Positions 10,751 through 23,619 of a stretch of 64,000 nucleotides of DNA are shown here, in pieces. Both the position numbers and the translations under genes were made by a program. The first letter of the stretch is position 1; the number at the start of each line of letters is the position of its first letter. This DNA comes from Oopsacas minuta. Taxonomy: Eukaryota > Animalia > Porifera. The DNA is taken from the NCBI GenBank assembly GCA_024704765.1, contig JAKMXF010000332.1, positions 1,109,080 to 1,173,079 on the forward strand. Reading direction: 5' to 3'. The notes below the pieces were generated by a model, which made no database searches, was not told the DNA's origin, and was given only the letters and a program-made list of their open reading frames with translations.

Positions 10751-13178
10751 CGTAAATATTTTTCACAGGTGGTCCAAAGGAACAGTCTCGCAGCCCGTGG
10801 GTTAATAAATAGGCGCACATTTATATAAGTTAAACGAGGAACCCCTCATTTCGAAACCCTCTCAAATTCCTGGACACGCAACTTTACTGAATATGAAACC
10901 AGAATAAGACAGGAATATTCTCAAAAATATTAACTACTCGAATATGATTGAAAATTATTGAAATTATGACCTTTGATTTTTCTCTACTTAGTTAATGCTA
11001 AAGCTTCTATTGAACAGAATATGTCCGTGAATAAGTGAGTTTATGACGTTAATAAAGTGCTAAGATCTCGATTTGAGTGCGACAATAGGTTAAAACGAGT
11101 GGTAAAATTTTAGTGTTCATTTTTGTTCTGAACATAACACTTCGTCAGAAATCTGTTATAGTGGAGGAATTTTGAATATTGCTGTGACGTGAAGCAGTTA
11201 TTTGGGATCTTTTTATGCCGCATTATGCGACGTTGTTATAGTAAAGACATATGCTCCGGCCAGGCTGTCCTCATTACAACCTGAAAGGGTTTCGCTCTAT
11301 CAGATAGATGAAAGTTGCTTCTCGAATCATAATACAAAGTAACTCCAACTTATAGCAAATTTATTCAAAAAATACCTTGGTTGAGTAAATATTCGAAATC
11401 GTTCATTGAAATTCACCCAAAATTTACAGTAATGTTTGATTATTGACGTAGAATCCTAGTAAGATGCCAAAATATGATGAATTAAATTCAAATTTTATGC
11501 AGACAGTATTCTAGTGTCAAAACCTAGGAAAATAGCGATAGAACGCGGTATTGTTCTCAGTATTTGAAAATTCATTCTATCCATGAGCACAAAGAAAATA
11601 CAATTTGGAAATTCATCCCAAATCATCAGAAATAGGTCCCTATTAGCCCGTTTATAGGTCAAACTTTTATTTTACATTTCTTTGAAAAAACATAGCAGAG
11701 ATGAAGTTGCTGCTTTCTCTATTAAACGAATACGGCAGAAAAATGTGTGAATTTATGACAATTAGTTAATACGAACTGGTAAATTTAGTGTCCCTTTTTT
11801 GCTACGAATGTAACACTTCGTCGTAATCTGATATTGAAATTTGAATTTTTGTTCACATTTTATAATGTAGTAAGGAAATGTACTTTGGATTACTATAAGG
11901 CTTGCTCCTTGGTGTTCCCTGGATGCTTGGCTATCTTTTGTTGTTGCCAACTGGTGGGTTAGTGGTGTAGTCAGGTTTGCGCAACCTGCGCCAACCTGTA
12001 TTTTCTTTGCGCCAGGTAATATCCCACCACGTGCCAGATTTGCGACACCTGTCCCAATTAATGCGCCACATAGCACTATGCCAGGTCTGTTACACTACTA
12101 GTATGCAGTGTATTTATATCGATATACTACATATATATATACATCTAATTGTGGGGTGAGATTTTTATTGAATTAGTAGTAGCTTAGCTTTTAAACAAAA
12201 GTTTGTGTCTACAATGGCGGAAACGGCACCCAATTATTTTTTGAGTGCGAGCAACAACAGTTTAATGGTAGAAAGTTAGGGTGCATTTATCGGGACCTGG
12301 ACTTACCTTCTTAATGTACCGGAAACTGCACTTTAAGTATAAATATTTGGCGCCGTTGCGACCACCCAAGACTTTGCTCTTGAAGTACCGGATACACAAA
12401 GTCAAAATTCTCACTCGAACACCTTAAGGCCCGTCTTACATTGGACTAAACCACGTCTAAAGGGGTTATAGTCACTAATCTAATGTAAATACCCACTCCA
12501 AAAGCTCGAGTCCTGGAATAAAATACCATAAACCACATCCAACCCTGCTGCCTGCACTTTAAGAAAAATGATTGTGTGCCACTTCCCAAACAAAATTGTC
12601 TCCATTTTTTGATAGATCATGAAACTTTCACTTAACATCTACATAACATTAGAAGTGATTTTGACGTGGAGCCATCTCGAAAAAGGTCTTTCATACCGTG
12701 TCAGTCATTATTATTGTGCCACTTCATTTCACATTTTGGAAATATTTTATACTTAATAATTTCAATTAGGTTATTATTATCAATTTTTGTATCGATAGTA
12801 TTCTTCAGCGTACTTTTCCTTCGTTGAATGGTACTCGAATATTTTTGGGATATTTTTCCCCAGCGACGCAGGAATGTCCCAGGAATATGGCAACATTTTA
12901 TTCTCAAATTTTGCCTTAACCCTATTTAGTGACCCCTTGCTCTTCGTCTCTAGGTATGTTATAAATTATGGTATATGATATATATATTTATGTTGAGTGG
13001 ATCTGATCTGCGACATATTCGGTCATATTCAGTCAATTCGACAGAATTTATCTAGAGACTTCAAAGTTGAGATTTGTGTATTTGTTGGGGACGAAGAACA
13101 TGCAGAAACCATATGCTTGTGTAATTGAATCTAAAATATGTTATTTTTTACTGTCGTTATTCTATTTAGTTCTTTTAG

Positions 13179-13940
13179 GTATTGGACCATCTCATCCTTT
13201 ATCTTAGAATAGTCCACTCGTTTGATTTTTATGCTGTTACATTCATTGATTTTGAGGATATGATGCCATCTCGGTTGAGCCAAATATCAGTAAGAGGGTC
13301 TACAAATAATTCTGCTACAGTCAAGGAAGTTCAACAACATATAGTTGATTTTTCATCTTCGATGAATACATTTCTGGATCAATCTTTACCTCTTACTCAT
13401 GATGAAATGTTGTCATTGGGTAGAAGGATTGAAGAAGAGTGTGTAGAGAAGTTTATCCAGGAAAATACCAAAATGATAGAGGTTGAAAAATATCTTTGCC
13501 CACTTAGTGGTAAGAAGTTTAAAGGACCAGAATATGTTAGAAAACATATACATAATAAGCATAAGGACAAAATCGATGAAGTAAAGCTCGAAGTCCAATA
13601 TTTTAACTGTTATTTATCTGACAGAAATAGACCAATGCCGAAAATGAAAAAATCGGGAGATTCAACATTTCAAAAGAATTCCGATAAACAAAATGATAAC
13701 ATTCTAGCTTTAATGGGCAGTCAAGTTTTCAGAGCAAAGGATGGCGCAGCTACACGCTGGCCGTTTAACCCTAATGTCCTATTGCCTCCTCATGGTCCAC
13801 CTTTTCATCATGGGATTGATTATACAAGATTTCCTTCCTATTCAAATTTTGGGCCTAAGCGTAATCAAAACCGAAAAATTGATGATAATCGAAAGCCTAT
13901 CTCTTATAAGGATTGGGACGATCCTAACCTAGACAATTAG
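13179..13940 (+). CDS. SRRT: 3' coding exon of Serrate RNA effector / Ars2 (C-terminal domain with C2H2-type zinc finger)
   Basis: VLDHLILYLRIVHSFDFY...LGRRIEEECVEKFIQENT...KYLCPLSGKKFKGPEYVRKHIHNKH...EVQYFNCYLSDRNRP...RKPISYKDWDDP matches the SRRT C-terminus. It is preceded by a polypyrimidine/AG acceptor (TTCTTTTAG ending 13178) and has 253 uninterrupted codons. Confidence 0.88.
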   Translation, partial: VLDHLILYLRIVHSFDFYAVTFIDFEDMMPSRLSQISVRGSTNNSATVKEVQQHIVDFSSSMNTFLDQSLPLTHDEMLSLGRRIEEECVEKFIQENTKMIEVEKYLCPLSGKKFKGPEYVRKHIHNKHKDKIDEVKLEVQYFNCYLSDRNRPMPKMKKSGDSTFQKNSDKQNDNILALMGSQVFRAKDGAATRWPFNPNVLLPPHGPPFHHGIDYTRFPSYSNFGPKRNQNRKIDDNRKPISYKDWDDPNLDN

Positions 13941-14553
13941 TATGAATATTATTTAGATGAATTATTTTTCTTATGTTAGTTTTTGGCAGATGGTTTTCAT
14001 CATGTTCAGATTAGATTAATATCTGATTTTGATATCTATATCTCTTATGCATGACAGAAACTAGAACTATTAAATTATACATTGGTCTGACGAGCAATAA
14101 TTATTAGTAGCGAAACTTGAATGACCATATTTTGATATTTCCAATACTTTGTACTTTTTCGTGTTAATTAATGTTTCTTCAATATTGAAATCATATTCTC
14201 CACTAAACTATCTTTATTGTATGAGTAACAGTAAATCATTTATGAGGTTGATGACCAGCATTTGGAGTATCGGATCTATACCATGTCACATCCTCAGACA
14301 AATACACTAACCGAACAAAACTACTTGCACACCACTAAATATACAATTGTAAATCCTGTAAATACTGAGAATAATTGAATATGGATGCGATAATATACTT
14401 GAAAGACCTATTTGGCTATGATAGTACAGTGTGCTGACTAAATCGATAGATGTTTTTCGGATTTGATTTTTTATATGTAAATGTTCCTGAACCATGTTAA
14501 CGGATGCGAGTGTCATGAGGACATTTGAATTTGGCTGATTGTACCGTCTAGTC

Positions 14554-14890
14554 TCCTGTAGCTATAAGGAGGTCATACGCAGACTAGGACTGTTCGAGGA
14601 TGAGAAAGAATTGGATGAGTGTTTGACGGATGCTGCTGCTTCTGCAATGCCCAGGAAGATGCGACAACTATTCTCCACCATGCTCCTGTGGTGTGTCCCA
14701 TCCGATGATTCATCCCTGTGGCAAACCCATAAGTCCTCTTTAGCGGAAGACTATCTTAATCGCGCTAGGCTGCGTGTTCCGAGTGTTTAATTAGATCAGA
14801 ATATACCAAATAGCGTGTGTTTTATATTCAGGAGCGTCTGCAACAGAAGGGAAGTCGATATCGGAATTTCCAGGTATGCCAATACCTGCT
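14554..14890 (+). mobile_element. Helitron Rep/Hel fragment
   Basis: SYKEVIRRLGLFEDEKELDECLTDAA...MPRKMRQLFSTMLLWCVPSD..SLWQTHKSSLAEDY is the conserved linker between the Rep and helicase domains. A frameshifted IQERLQQKG...SEFPGMPIP follows. Confidence 0.85.
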
Positions 14891-15349
14891 ACAGATTATA
14901 CTATTTGGATTGTTGGAGCACTTTGATCTATTATGCATGTTGCTTGATAATTTTACCTACGAGGTGTGTGTACATCATTAAGTTGTAGTATATCCACAGA
15001 TTGTTTTGCGTATCATGTGCAACTCTTTCCTAAGGCTGGGTGTCTGTCTATTCTTAAACATGCTCACCTGTGCCACCTTGTGGTGTGAAACTAATAATGG
15101 CTTTTTCATCACTACTTCTGTACATCCTTAATGGGTGTACACAGCATTGATAGGCTGTGTCAGTCTATTATTCAGAGTAGCTATAAAACCTTGAATTTTC
15201 TCTACTAAGCTGGAGTTTCCGAAATGTATTGTAGCATGTTAGCATTGGCGTGATCTTTGCTATTGACGGATTCTACTCCTGTATTTTGCATAATTGTATG
15301 GCTGTCCCCCTCCTATTGAAAAGGCAGTTAGTAAACCTGATAGGTTTGT

Positions 15350-15480
15350 TTCGTAATATTTTGAGATTCTTGTATAATTTAACACGACGCTCATATGTAG
15401 TATTTTAGGAGAGTATAGAATTCTTAGATTATGTGTGTAACACGATTTGTAGATGTGGTTCATTGTAATACTCAACTGTC
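15350..15480 (+). repeat. Dispersed repeat; inverted copy at about 21300-21450
   Basis: TATTTTGAGATTCTTGTATA...TAACACGA...GTAGTATTTT.GGAGAG.ATAGAATTCT...GTAACACGA...TTCATTGTAAT is shared in reverse complement. Confidence 0.75.
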
Positions 15481-16239
15481 TATACTCTAGAGATGTAATG
15501 TGCCCTACAAATTACATTATTTCACCTATATTTAATACAGTATGCAAGTGATGATTATTCACTAACTTTTGGTTCGCAAAATGACTGAATAACACTTTTT
15601 GATTTTTATAAAGTTAATTAGAGTTTCAGGGAGTGTGTAAGTAAATATGAAACGTTACTATTTTGAACGATACATCGTTGTAAACATAAGCCATCTCTTT
15701 CTCTCTAAACTAGTTGCATCTTAATTAAACAAAATTTCGGAACAAGATATCAGAGTTTGATGATTTAATACATTAATACAAAGTACATAAAAGTGAAATA
15801 TTTAAACAAACAAGAGGGTTTACAACAAATAGATAAAATATACATAATCAATAGTGAATTGTCATTAAGAAAATTAAGCATCATTTGAGAACTAGGCTAA
15901 AGTTATTTATTCATACTAGATTGTAATTGTATAGGAGTGTATATGCCATAATCGAATAGGCTATATAGGTATGGTGTCCGTCCGTTTGTTGGCTCGTGCG
16001 ACGTTCGCCATCTAGAGTACAATGAGCTTGGAACTTATACATATCAATATATACGAGCCTTTGGCTCGCCGCTTCGCGATGAATTCGGCCCATTGCGCCT
16101 CGAGTTAGCCATTATTCTCCGAATTGATGACCCCTTTGAGTATTCTAATATAGATATATTTAGAACAATGTAATGCACAAATATACCTAATAGGTATATA
16201 TAATATTGATAATTTTGTAAGATCATCCCCTTTGTAGTC

Positions 16240-16458
16240 GTTGAGAGCAAGTATCTACGTATATTTTGAGATTTTGCTAATTTGATTACTTATATTCATA
16301 AAAACAACAATAAATTTACCTATGAGAAACTTGAGTATGTGAAATTCTGTTGAGAGCAAGTCTCTATGTACATTTCGAGATTTCAACTATTTGTTTACTG
16401 TATAATATTTGTATAAACAACAATACATTTACATATGATGAATCCCAGAGTGTGAAAA
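16240..16458 (+). repeat. Diverged tandem duplication, 2 x about 109 bp
   Basis: GTTGAGAGCAAGT at 16240 and 16349, with matching TTTT/CGAGATTT and AAACAACAAT downstream in both copies. Confidence 0.7.
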
Positions 16459-17238
16459 TCGGATTCAGCACGTTCGATATATTTAATGAAGTTTATTGAA
16501 TTCTATTCACTTCCTTGATAAACACAAAAATACATATTTATGCGACAATTTCAATATTTCATCCGTAAATCCTTTTCTTGACAACGGACAAACAAACAGA
16601 TATACAGAGACAAACAACAATTGATATTTAATAATTTGATTTTTGGTGAGGATTTGTATTTGAAGTATGAATTTTTCTGATATGAAATTTGTCACCCCTT
16701 TCTAAATACATTCAATGGGGTAATTGGTGCACAGAGCCTGATTCTGAGATTTTTCAAATTTTCAAATACGGTTCAAAGTATTTATCATTTGATTAATCAT
16801 AATTTATATATGTGTTTATGTTGCTATAGAATCTATAGGGTAGAACTCGATTAGTATGTACTCTACTCGTCCTCTCGGTGTACACTCTAAAACGAATTAT
16901 CAATTTTTGCCCTACTTGCATGAGAAGAATATTCGGATAAGGCCTTGGGACCTACTTCATACGTACTGATTTTAGTTTCCCTAGGTGGTACGTATTATCA
17001 GACTGAAATTCATTCGGCTTCAAAGGCTAATTAGTATTTCTAGGTATGCCAATTCTACTGCCAATTTGTGGACTGGACATTATAATCTCTAGATACTGAG
17101 GTGTACTTTAGGGTGATTAAGTTTGGCTCCTTAAATTTGAAGTATGTGATGAACTTGGATTATTCTACATATCACATAGGTAGAATAACCTTTGAAACTG
17201 AATAGTCTTAGTGAATTACGCTGTCTAACCGTAGTCAC

Positions 17239-17928
17239 CAGGGGCGTACCGTGCGGGGGGTGTAACACCCCCCACTTTTCGCTTATCTGATCGGTGTTTC
17301 CTGGTCGTCTGTAACACTGATCGATTAATATCTAGTTTTTAAATAATTCACTAAAGCTTTGATTAGACTGATAGTCTCTGTCAATATGCCTCCAAAAGAG
17401 CGGACAAACCGATTCATGATTCGATGCCTATTATGTAACGTTGAGATGGAATTCGATTAGGAAATTGAGATTTAATTAGTATGGGCAAACCCTCAAATCT
17501 GATAGGTTTATATACCATTAAAATACATGGGGTAGAAGGTTTTGATACCTTTTATCAGAAATTAGTGAAGATTTCGCTTTGGAATCAGAACTTGTTCTAA
17601 GTTGAACCATTCTACATGCATATGCCAAATTTCAAGTCTGTAACTATTACCAGTTTCTCAATCAACATGGACATTAAAACAAAAACAAAAGATACCATTG
17701 AGTATTAATATACAAAATATTTACACATTTATAGTATTTTTACACTAGTGTCGTCGTTGCAGTTAACATTCGTAGCTTACGCGGTTGCTGTCCGCTGAAT
17801 CCCTTTTTCAGGTCAGGGAAATTGTGAAATATATGATCTATATGCCTCCACGTGTGGAACAATGTATGTTCGTCGGTAAATCCAAGAAGTTACACACCCC
17901 CACTCAAAATGGTCACGGAACGCCCCTG
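17239..17928. mobile_element. Non-autonomous hAT-type element (690 bp)
   Basis: TIRs CAGGGGCGTACCGTG and CACGGAACGCCCCTG (14/15). 8-bp TSD GTAGTCAC / GTAATCAC (7/8). Confidence 0.85.
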
Positions 17929-18429
17929 GTAATCACTAAGATTATTTTGTCTCAATTGACACAAAGTGACTGTAATTCTCATGCGATAAATAATCACAGT
18001 AAACTCAATATAGCTGAATCTTGAGGATTCGATTATATTTCGCACATCAAGGCAATAAGCTGGAATTTGTTATGTGTTTACAGAAGTATCCTCGTTTAAG
18101 CTTGCACAAAACAATAAAACAGAAACTAAAAAGAAGCAATGTTGCAAATTGCTGTAATTGTGCTGAATGGGGAACATAACTTACGCTATACTCGCATAAA
18201 CGGTTACTTTTCGCGTACTACTGTGCGTTTCTGATTAACGATTTAACGTAATAATATCTTCCATGTAAAATGTTTCATCTCGGCTAAGGATCATCAGTTG
18301 CGTTGCCAGTCCCGCAATACACTTTAGTTCGATGTATTGCTGGTTAAGTATTCTCGTGGTGAAAGAATTCATTAAACTGTAGACACGTAATCAGATTTAA
18401 TTCCATAGGTAGGAGTAGGGCTGTCCAAC

Positions 18430-18955
18430 ATTTGATGTCACAGGCTTATAATGAAGGCCGTAATTATTTATGTATTAGAATTGCTTGGATTTTTTTACTT
18501 GAACGGAGTAATCTCCATTCAACCTTGCGACAAAGAAATCCCATTTTCGTGTTAATCGTTGTTCGCGATGAAAATATCAACATTCAGAAGGGCAGAAGCG
18601 GCCATAATCTCTACATCGCTTCCCAGGTTCCTACAATTTGGATGAGAATTTCGTCTAATAAATATGTGGATGGAGTTATCCTTTTCTGAAGGAAATATCA
18701 CCCAAGTTTTGTGGTCCCTTCACTTGCAATAAAGCGGGAAATGAAGGATCTAAGTTGAATGTGACTATTTTGGTTTCCCGTAATAATTTGAGAGAGACGG
18801 TAGAAGAGGCAATTCCCATCTCCAATCATGGGTGTAGTCTCCCAAGGCTTATATTTAACAAGAAGTTGTCCAACTAAATTATTCTGTTGTTGGATCGGCG
18901 AATCAAAATTAAGTCTTAACTTTGCACAAGTATCTCTCTGCCGTTTTTCCGACAC
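18430..18955 (-). pseudogene. OTU-family cysteine protease domain (degenerate), probably the C-terminal module of the Ginger1-like element
   Basis: Cys box IGDGNCLFYRLSQII, frameshifted GTW/GSDVEIMAASALLNVDIFI, and His box HYKPVTS at about 18433-18453. Confidence 0.85.
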
Positions 18956-19349
18956 TATCGAAATCTTTGTAATTCCAGTGAAAAATCACGAACTGTCTTG
19001 TTAATACCCCCAAATATTTACTTTGTCCTTTTTATTGGGCAATTTCTTTACTTTAGGCATGTTGGTCTATAAAATTTCATTCGCCCAATCTCTGGTCTAA
19101 GAAATAAGTATATGGTAAATTGTATAGTCAATAAATATGAGTAATAAAAGAGTTTCCAAACCTTCAACCTAGGTCGCTATATACAAATCCCAAAACAACG
19201 CCATGCATTATCATTATTGACGTCAGAAAGTTGGTTATTGATTTATCTCTTCTGGCTTAGGTAGTTGTTACAAAACCCCATGAAGATATAAACTAGGTGC
19301 TGGTATGATCGACAGCGTTATCACAAAGTCTGCTATATATAACACGAGA

Positions 19350-21169
19350 TACTGAAAGAAGTTAATTACTATTAACATCATCTATTTTGATTCACTTTTT
19401 TGTCATGCTGTCTCTTTTGCTTTAACTGTTCAGTGCGAATGTTTTTTAGTTAGCTCCCAATGAGCAGTTCTAAAATTTTCTAGGGGGCCTATATACTCTT
19501 GTGTTTCTTCCAGGGTGGTGGACAGTAAACTTTTCCTGATTCTTCAACTTGTCCAGAATCACAGAGAGCAAAAATAGCTTCCTTTGCTGACATTGAGAAA
19601 TAATTGAGATTAGAGATAAGATCTAGATGCCTCGCCTCGAATCCCTTCCTCACTTTACTCGAAATGGTGTATCACCATGAGATTTTTTCTTGGTTAGTTA
19701 ATGCAGGGAACACCTGATTTATGTAGTTGTGACCAATATTTACCAGTTTTAATATGCATCTTATTCATTTTCCTATTTATTGTAAATAATATATCCCGTG
19801 AACTCTGTTAGTATGAAAAATGTACTTGGAGAAGTATTTCTACCTAATATAGTTAAATAGACTTTCGAGCGTAACCCACAATACATCAACATTATTAGAG
19901 GGATAATTATTATTACCTAATTGGAAAACTTACATTTTGAGAATCCTTTTGTGAGCGTCGACCAGTCCATTTGCAATTAGATGGTATGCGCGAGTAATTC
20001 TTTGTAAACATGTAGTTCTTCATGAAACTCCTGAGATATCTACAAGTATAAACGTTAGCAACAAGTTATCAGGGGCTATACAGGGCTTCGGAGCACTCTC
20101 CTAGCGCCCCTCTCAAATTTCCATACGCATAAATCAGTAGCTCAGTAGTACGATATAGGGGAAGATCCTCAATTTTACCCTCCTAGATAATACCTTACAA
20201 ATTATAAATTAATAAAATTAGTAATGCTTGTGCTGAACCATTATCTCATAATTACTAATACCTTTGAGTGAATTGCTTTCCTTGATTATGTTGCATGATA
20301 TTGAGTTATCTTAATTCAAGGTAGATATCTTCTAGCTGCTCAATAAATTCAGTTGTAGTCTTAGTCTTGAGTGACCTTGTAGCAACATACTTGGAAAGAT
20401 AGCGAACTGTCACTAGATATTTTTGTATCCTCTGGGATCTCAGGGAGATCGCATAGATCCATCCCTAAATGCTATCAAGAAGTTTCTGGAGGTGGAATTG
20501 GTTGTAGTTCCTTTGAGGTTGTGGGGATAAAGCGGCTGTCTTTTGACATGTAACACATGTTTTTACCTATAAATATATCAAACAAAAAAGTTTTAAGTAA
20601 ATTTCAAGTGGATTGTTATGAATTGGTCAGTACAACTGTACAAGTACGGACTACCGCTCCAATTTTAACTTGTACAGTATATGCTAATGACACATTTTAA
20701 CACTCACATAATTTTGAAGATCTGGATACATTGCTACTCAATAGTGTCTTTACCAGATTGCTTGTATTGTAGAATTGAACCCCAGAATTGCCTAATTGAT
20801 CATGATATTGTACAAGGATTGGTCCAAGTTTATCACAACTGGGGACTTCGTGATCCAACTGCAGACCACTCTTGGAGACGTTCTAGACATATGTAAAAAT
20901 TAAATAGTATCAATTTTTCAGGTTATCTTATAATCGAAATTTGTATATGTATTGTTAAATGTTAATATACAAACAGAATAAATGTTTTTGATACCTACCT
21001 TGAAAAGCCTGTTAGGTTTTTCCTCAAAGAGGGTATAATTATTTGTCTTCCTCTTGAAATTCCATAAACCTTTAGCAGAGAGAGTTCGTAGAATTTGACC
21101 ACACTCATGGAACTCAATGATTGCTCTGATTTCTTCGGGATCTATTAAATGTGAGAATTCCAATGACAA
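19350..21169 (-). pseudogene. Spliced, degenerate Gypsy-type integrase (Ginger1/GIN-like transposase)
   Basis: In order on the minus strand: FKRKTNNYTLFEEKPNRLFK|GT-intron, then ILVQYHDQLGNSG, VKTCVTCQK, KELQPIPP..HLGMDLCDLP, SKYVATRSLKTK, QHNQG, ITRAYH..ANGLV, GDTPFRV..GR and NIRTEQLKQKRQHDKK. No RT or gag nearby. Confidence 0.75.
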
Positions 21170-21951
21170 AGTGAATTTAAATAGAGAAGAAATATCAGAA
21201 AAACAAATCTAAAATTCACGTAAAGTATTTCGAATTATCAAAAAATTGTGACCTCGATGATGTATATACGTATTTAAGTAACACAGAATCTCAGCACACA
21301 TTTACGACTAGATTACAATGAATCGCATGCACAATTCGTGTTACATACCGAAACATCAGAATTCTATGCTCTCCTCAAAATACTACGATATGAGTGCCAT
21401 CGTGTTAATTGTGTCCATGGTATACAAGAATCTCAAAATACTACGCAACAGGTGACCTAGAATATAGTCTCATTCCTTTGGGTTTCTATTTGTGAAACTG
21501 TAGTTTGTGTTCACACCAATTTAGGATACCTCGGTCGGCTGTAGTAGGTGAATGACCATTTACAGCGTTATAGAAACAAACACATTTTAATGACGCACAT
21601 GCATATTTGTTCTAATACACTGAAATTGTATCGTGTCTACATGTACACACCACAATTCTCTAATACATTGCAACATATAAATAGATTAATTGCGATTATT
21701 TTCAAAATGAAACTAGAGTTTTACTGCTAGTAATGGGTAATTTAGTATATAGAGATCAAATCTATATCTACATGATTTCTCATGTTATTAATCATATTTC
21801 ATACCCGATTGATATAATTCAAATGATATAGTTTTCCTATTAACTGCTAGTCAGGGTAATGGAGTATGTGATACCAATTTTAACATTTTCGAATCTCTCA
21901 ATAAGTGACAAATCATACCATTAATCATATTTTCTCACCTTTTGGCAAACA

Positions 21952-22117
21952 CAGTGGAACCTCGTTAATGCGAACACTGTTAAAACAAATTTCTAGATTA
22001 GACGCAAATATTTGCAACTAATCATGTTCCTACAATGGTTATTCATTTCGACTTACTCCGGATAAGGCGAACAAATTCTGACCTTCAGTTGGTGTTTGTA
22101 TTAACGAGGTTCCACTT
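21952..22117. mobile_element. pogo/Tc1-type MITE
   Basis: TIRs CAGTGGAACCTCGTTAATGCGAACAC and its reverse-complement partner match at 23/26. Confidence 0.7.
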
Positions 22118-22198
22118 CATTCAAATTGATGCTAGAGATTCGTATCAAAAGTTAGTAGGGGTTACATTGCAAGAAAATATTTAAACTTTTTCCATAGG

Positions 22199-22500
22199 AT
22201 TTGAGGATAAAACATGAAGTTCAGTCTGAGACTAATTAGCTTGAATATCCAGAAATATTTCTCAAATCCTGGAGCCAGATATCAGTCAGGGGTCTGGTGC
22301 AATGCGGTGTCATTATGTGGGAGTCAGGGAGGCCGCAAAAGCACATAACCCTGAGCTGCAATACCAGTCTGTCGACCGAACAAGTTTATGCTGGGGGAAT
22401 GTTTTGTTGAAGTTTTAAATTTCTCTTCAAGTGAGGTGGCTTTAGCTAAAATTGTAAAAGCGGATAAAATCATTAAATTGTCTCTCTTGTACTTTCGAGC
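22199..22500 (+). repeat. About 300-bp dispersed repeat; inverted copy at 25820-26130, partial copies at about 25290-25435 and 51140-51237
   Basis: GATTTGAGGATAAAACATGAAGTTCAGTCTGA...GGCCGCAAAAGCACATAACCCTGAGCTGCAATACCAGTCTGTCGACCGAACA...CTCTTCAAGTGAGG is shared between copies. Confidence 0.9.
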
Positions 22501-23619
22501 CTTAACCCTCATCCAATCAACTATGAAACACCCGATTTGGTTTTAGAGTAAGTTTTCCAGTAATTTGATGAGTCACTAGATAATACTTGGGACGAAGGAA
22601 TATGGCCAGTACCGATTTTAGGAGTGTTCGGAGTGTGTGGCCAAAACAGGCCCCCACATTTAGGTGGCCTCACAACTCAACACCATTAGTCAGGATAGAC
22701 TCGGTTGGTTGTCTCTGATGAGTATTGAATGCGAATGTATGCGTCGTAATGACTTTTCTGAACTTATTACTGATTTTGCGTCCAGAAAAGCACGCAGAGT
22801 GATCTTATAGAGTAATTATATTTATTGTATGTTCATGATATATTTTGTGCAACTAAATAATCAGAGGTCATGACAAGTCCTGCCATGCTGCCCGTGTGCG
22901 AAATAGGCCTTCGGCTAGGGCGGTCCTACTAGGGTTGAATTTTATATATGCAAGATTTTATACAATAAACACAAGCATTCTAAATTGAGGAATGCGGACA
23001 GGTGGGCGAACCGTGACTGCTTTGAATTAGCTTCAGGGAGCCCCGAGAATTGCCCTCAAACAGGGCCCACATACTTAGATCCGTAGCTGAATGTGGCCAA
23101 GAATGCACCAACATTCCTTTTTCGAATTTTGTAATAATCCCATGGATTGCTCCCTCGTTCGAAGACGCTAGGCGGCCTAAGTCTAGTTACACACATATCG
23201 ACAGTCTAAATTATCTTTAAACATTGGTTCCCGAGATTGACCTCACCGATCTCTCATTTCTTGATATTTCTTACATTTTTAATATGAATACTGTCTATCG
23301 TCTGTTCGTCATACAGTAGTAATCAATTTATCTAACTTAGGATTTATCTTATTCATCTGTTTTAGTGTTGCTCTTATAGGGTGATGTCTTAATGTCATCG
23401 AAGATGAGCGCTGTCCGTCCGCGAAACCATGAAGATTTACATGATATGTGATACACAAATAAGTCAAATTTATTCTTATTCTGAGATTTGCACCTCGGGT
23501 ATGAAATTCAATATTAATCACGAAATGTAATAACTTTGACCTCCACAAATTATTATTCGATGGTTGTCTGCCTTTTATAGAATAGGTCCCAAAGGGTGAG
23601 GATGGCTAACGAGTTGTGA

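Larger units (their letters stand above)
18378..21641 (-). mobile_element. Candidate Ginger1-like DNA transposon (integrase plus OTU)
   Basis: A 10-bp inverted repeat TGTAGACACG (18378-18387) / CGTGTCTACA (21632-21641) brackets both modules. No TSD was found, so the boundaries are tentative. Confidence 0.45.

Noticed and set aside
21950-21956. CACAGTG as another Transib end
   Set aside because: It is the CA plus CAGTGGAACCTCG start of a pogo-type MITE whose matching TIR lies at about 22092-22117.
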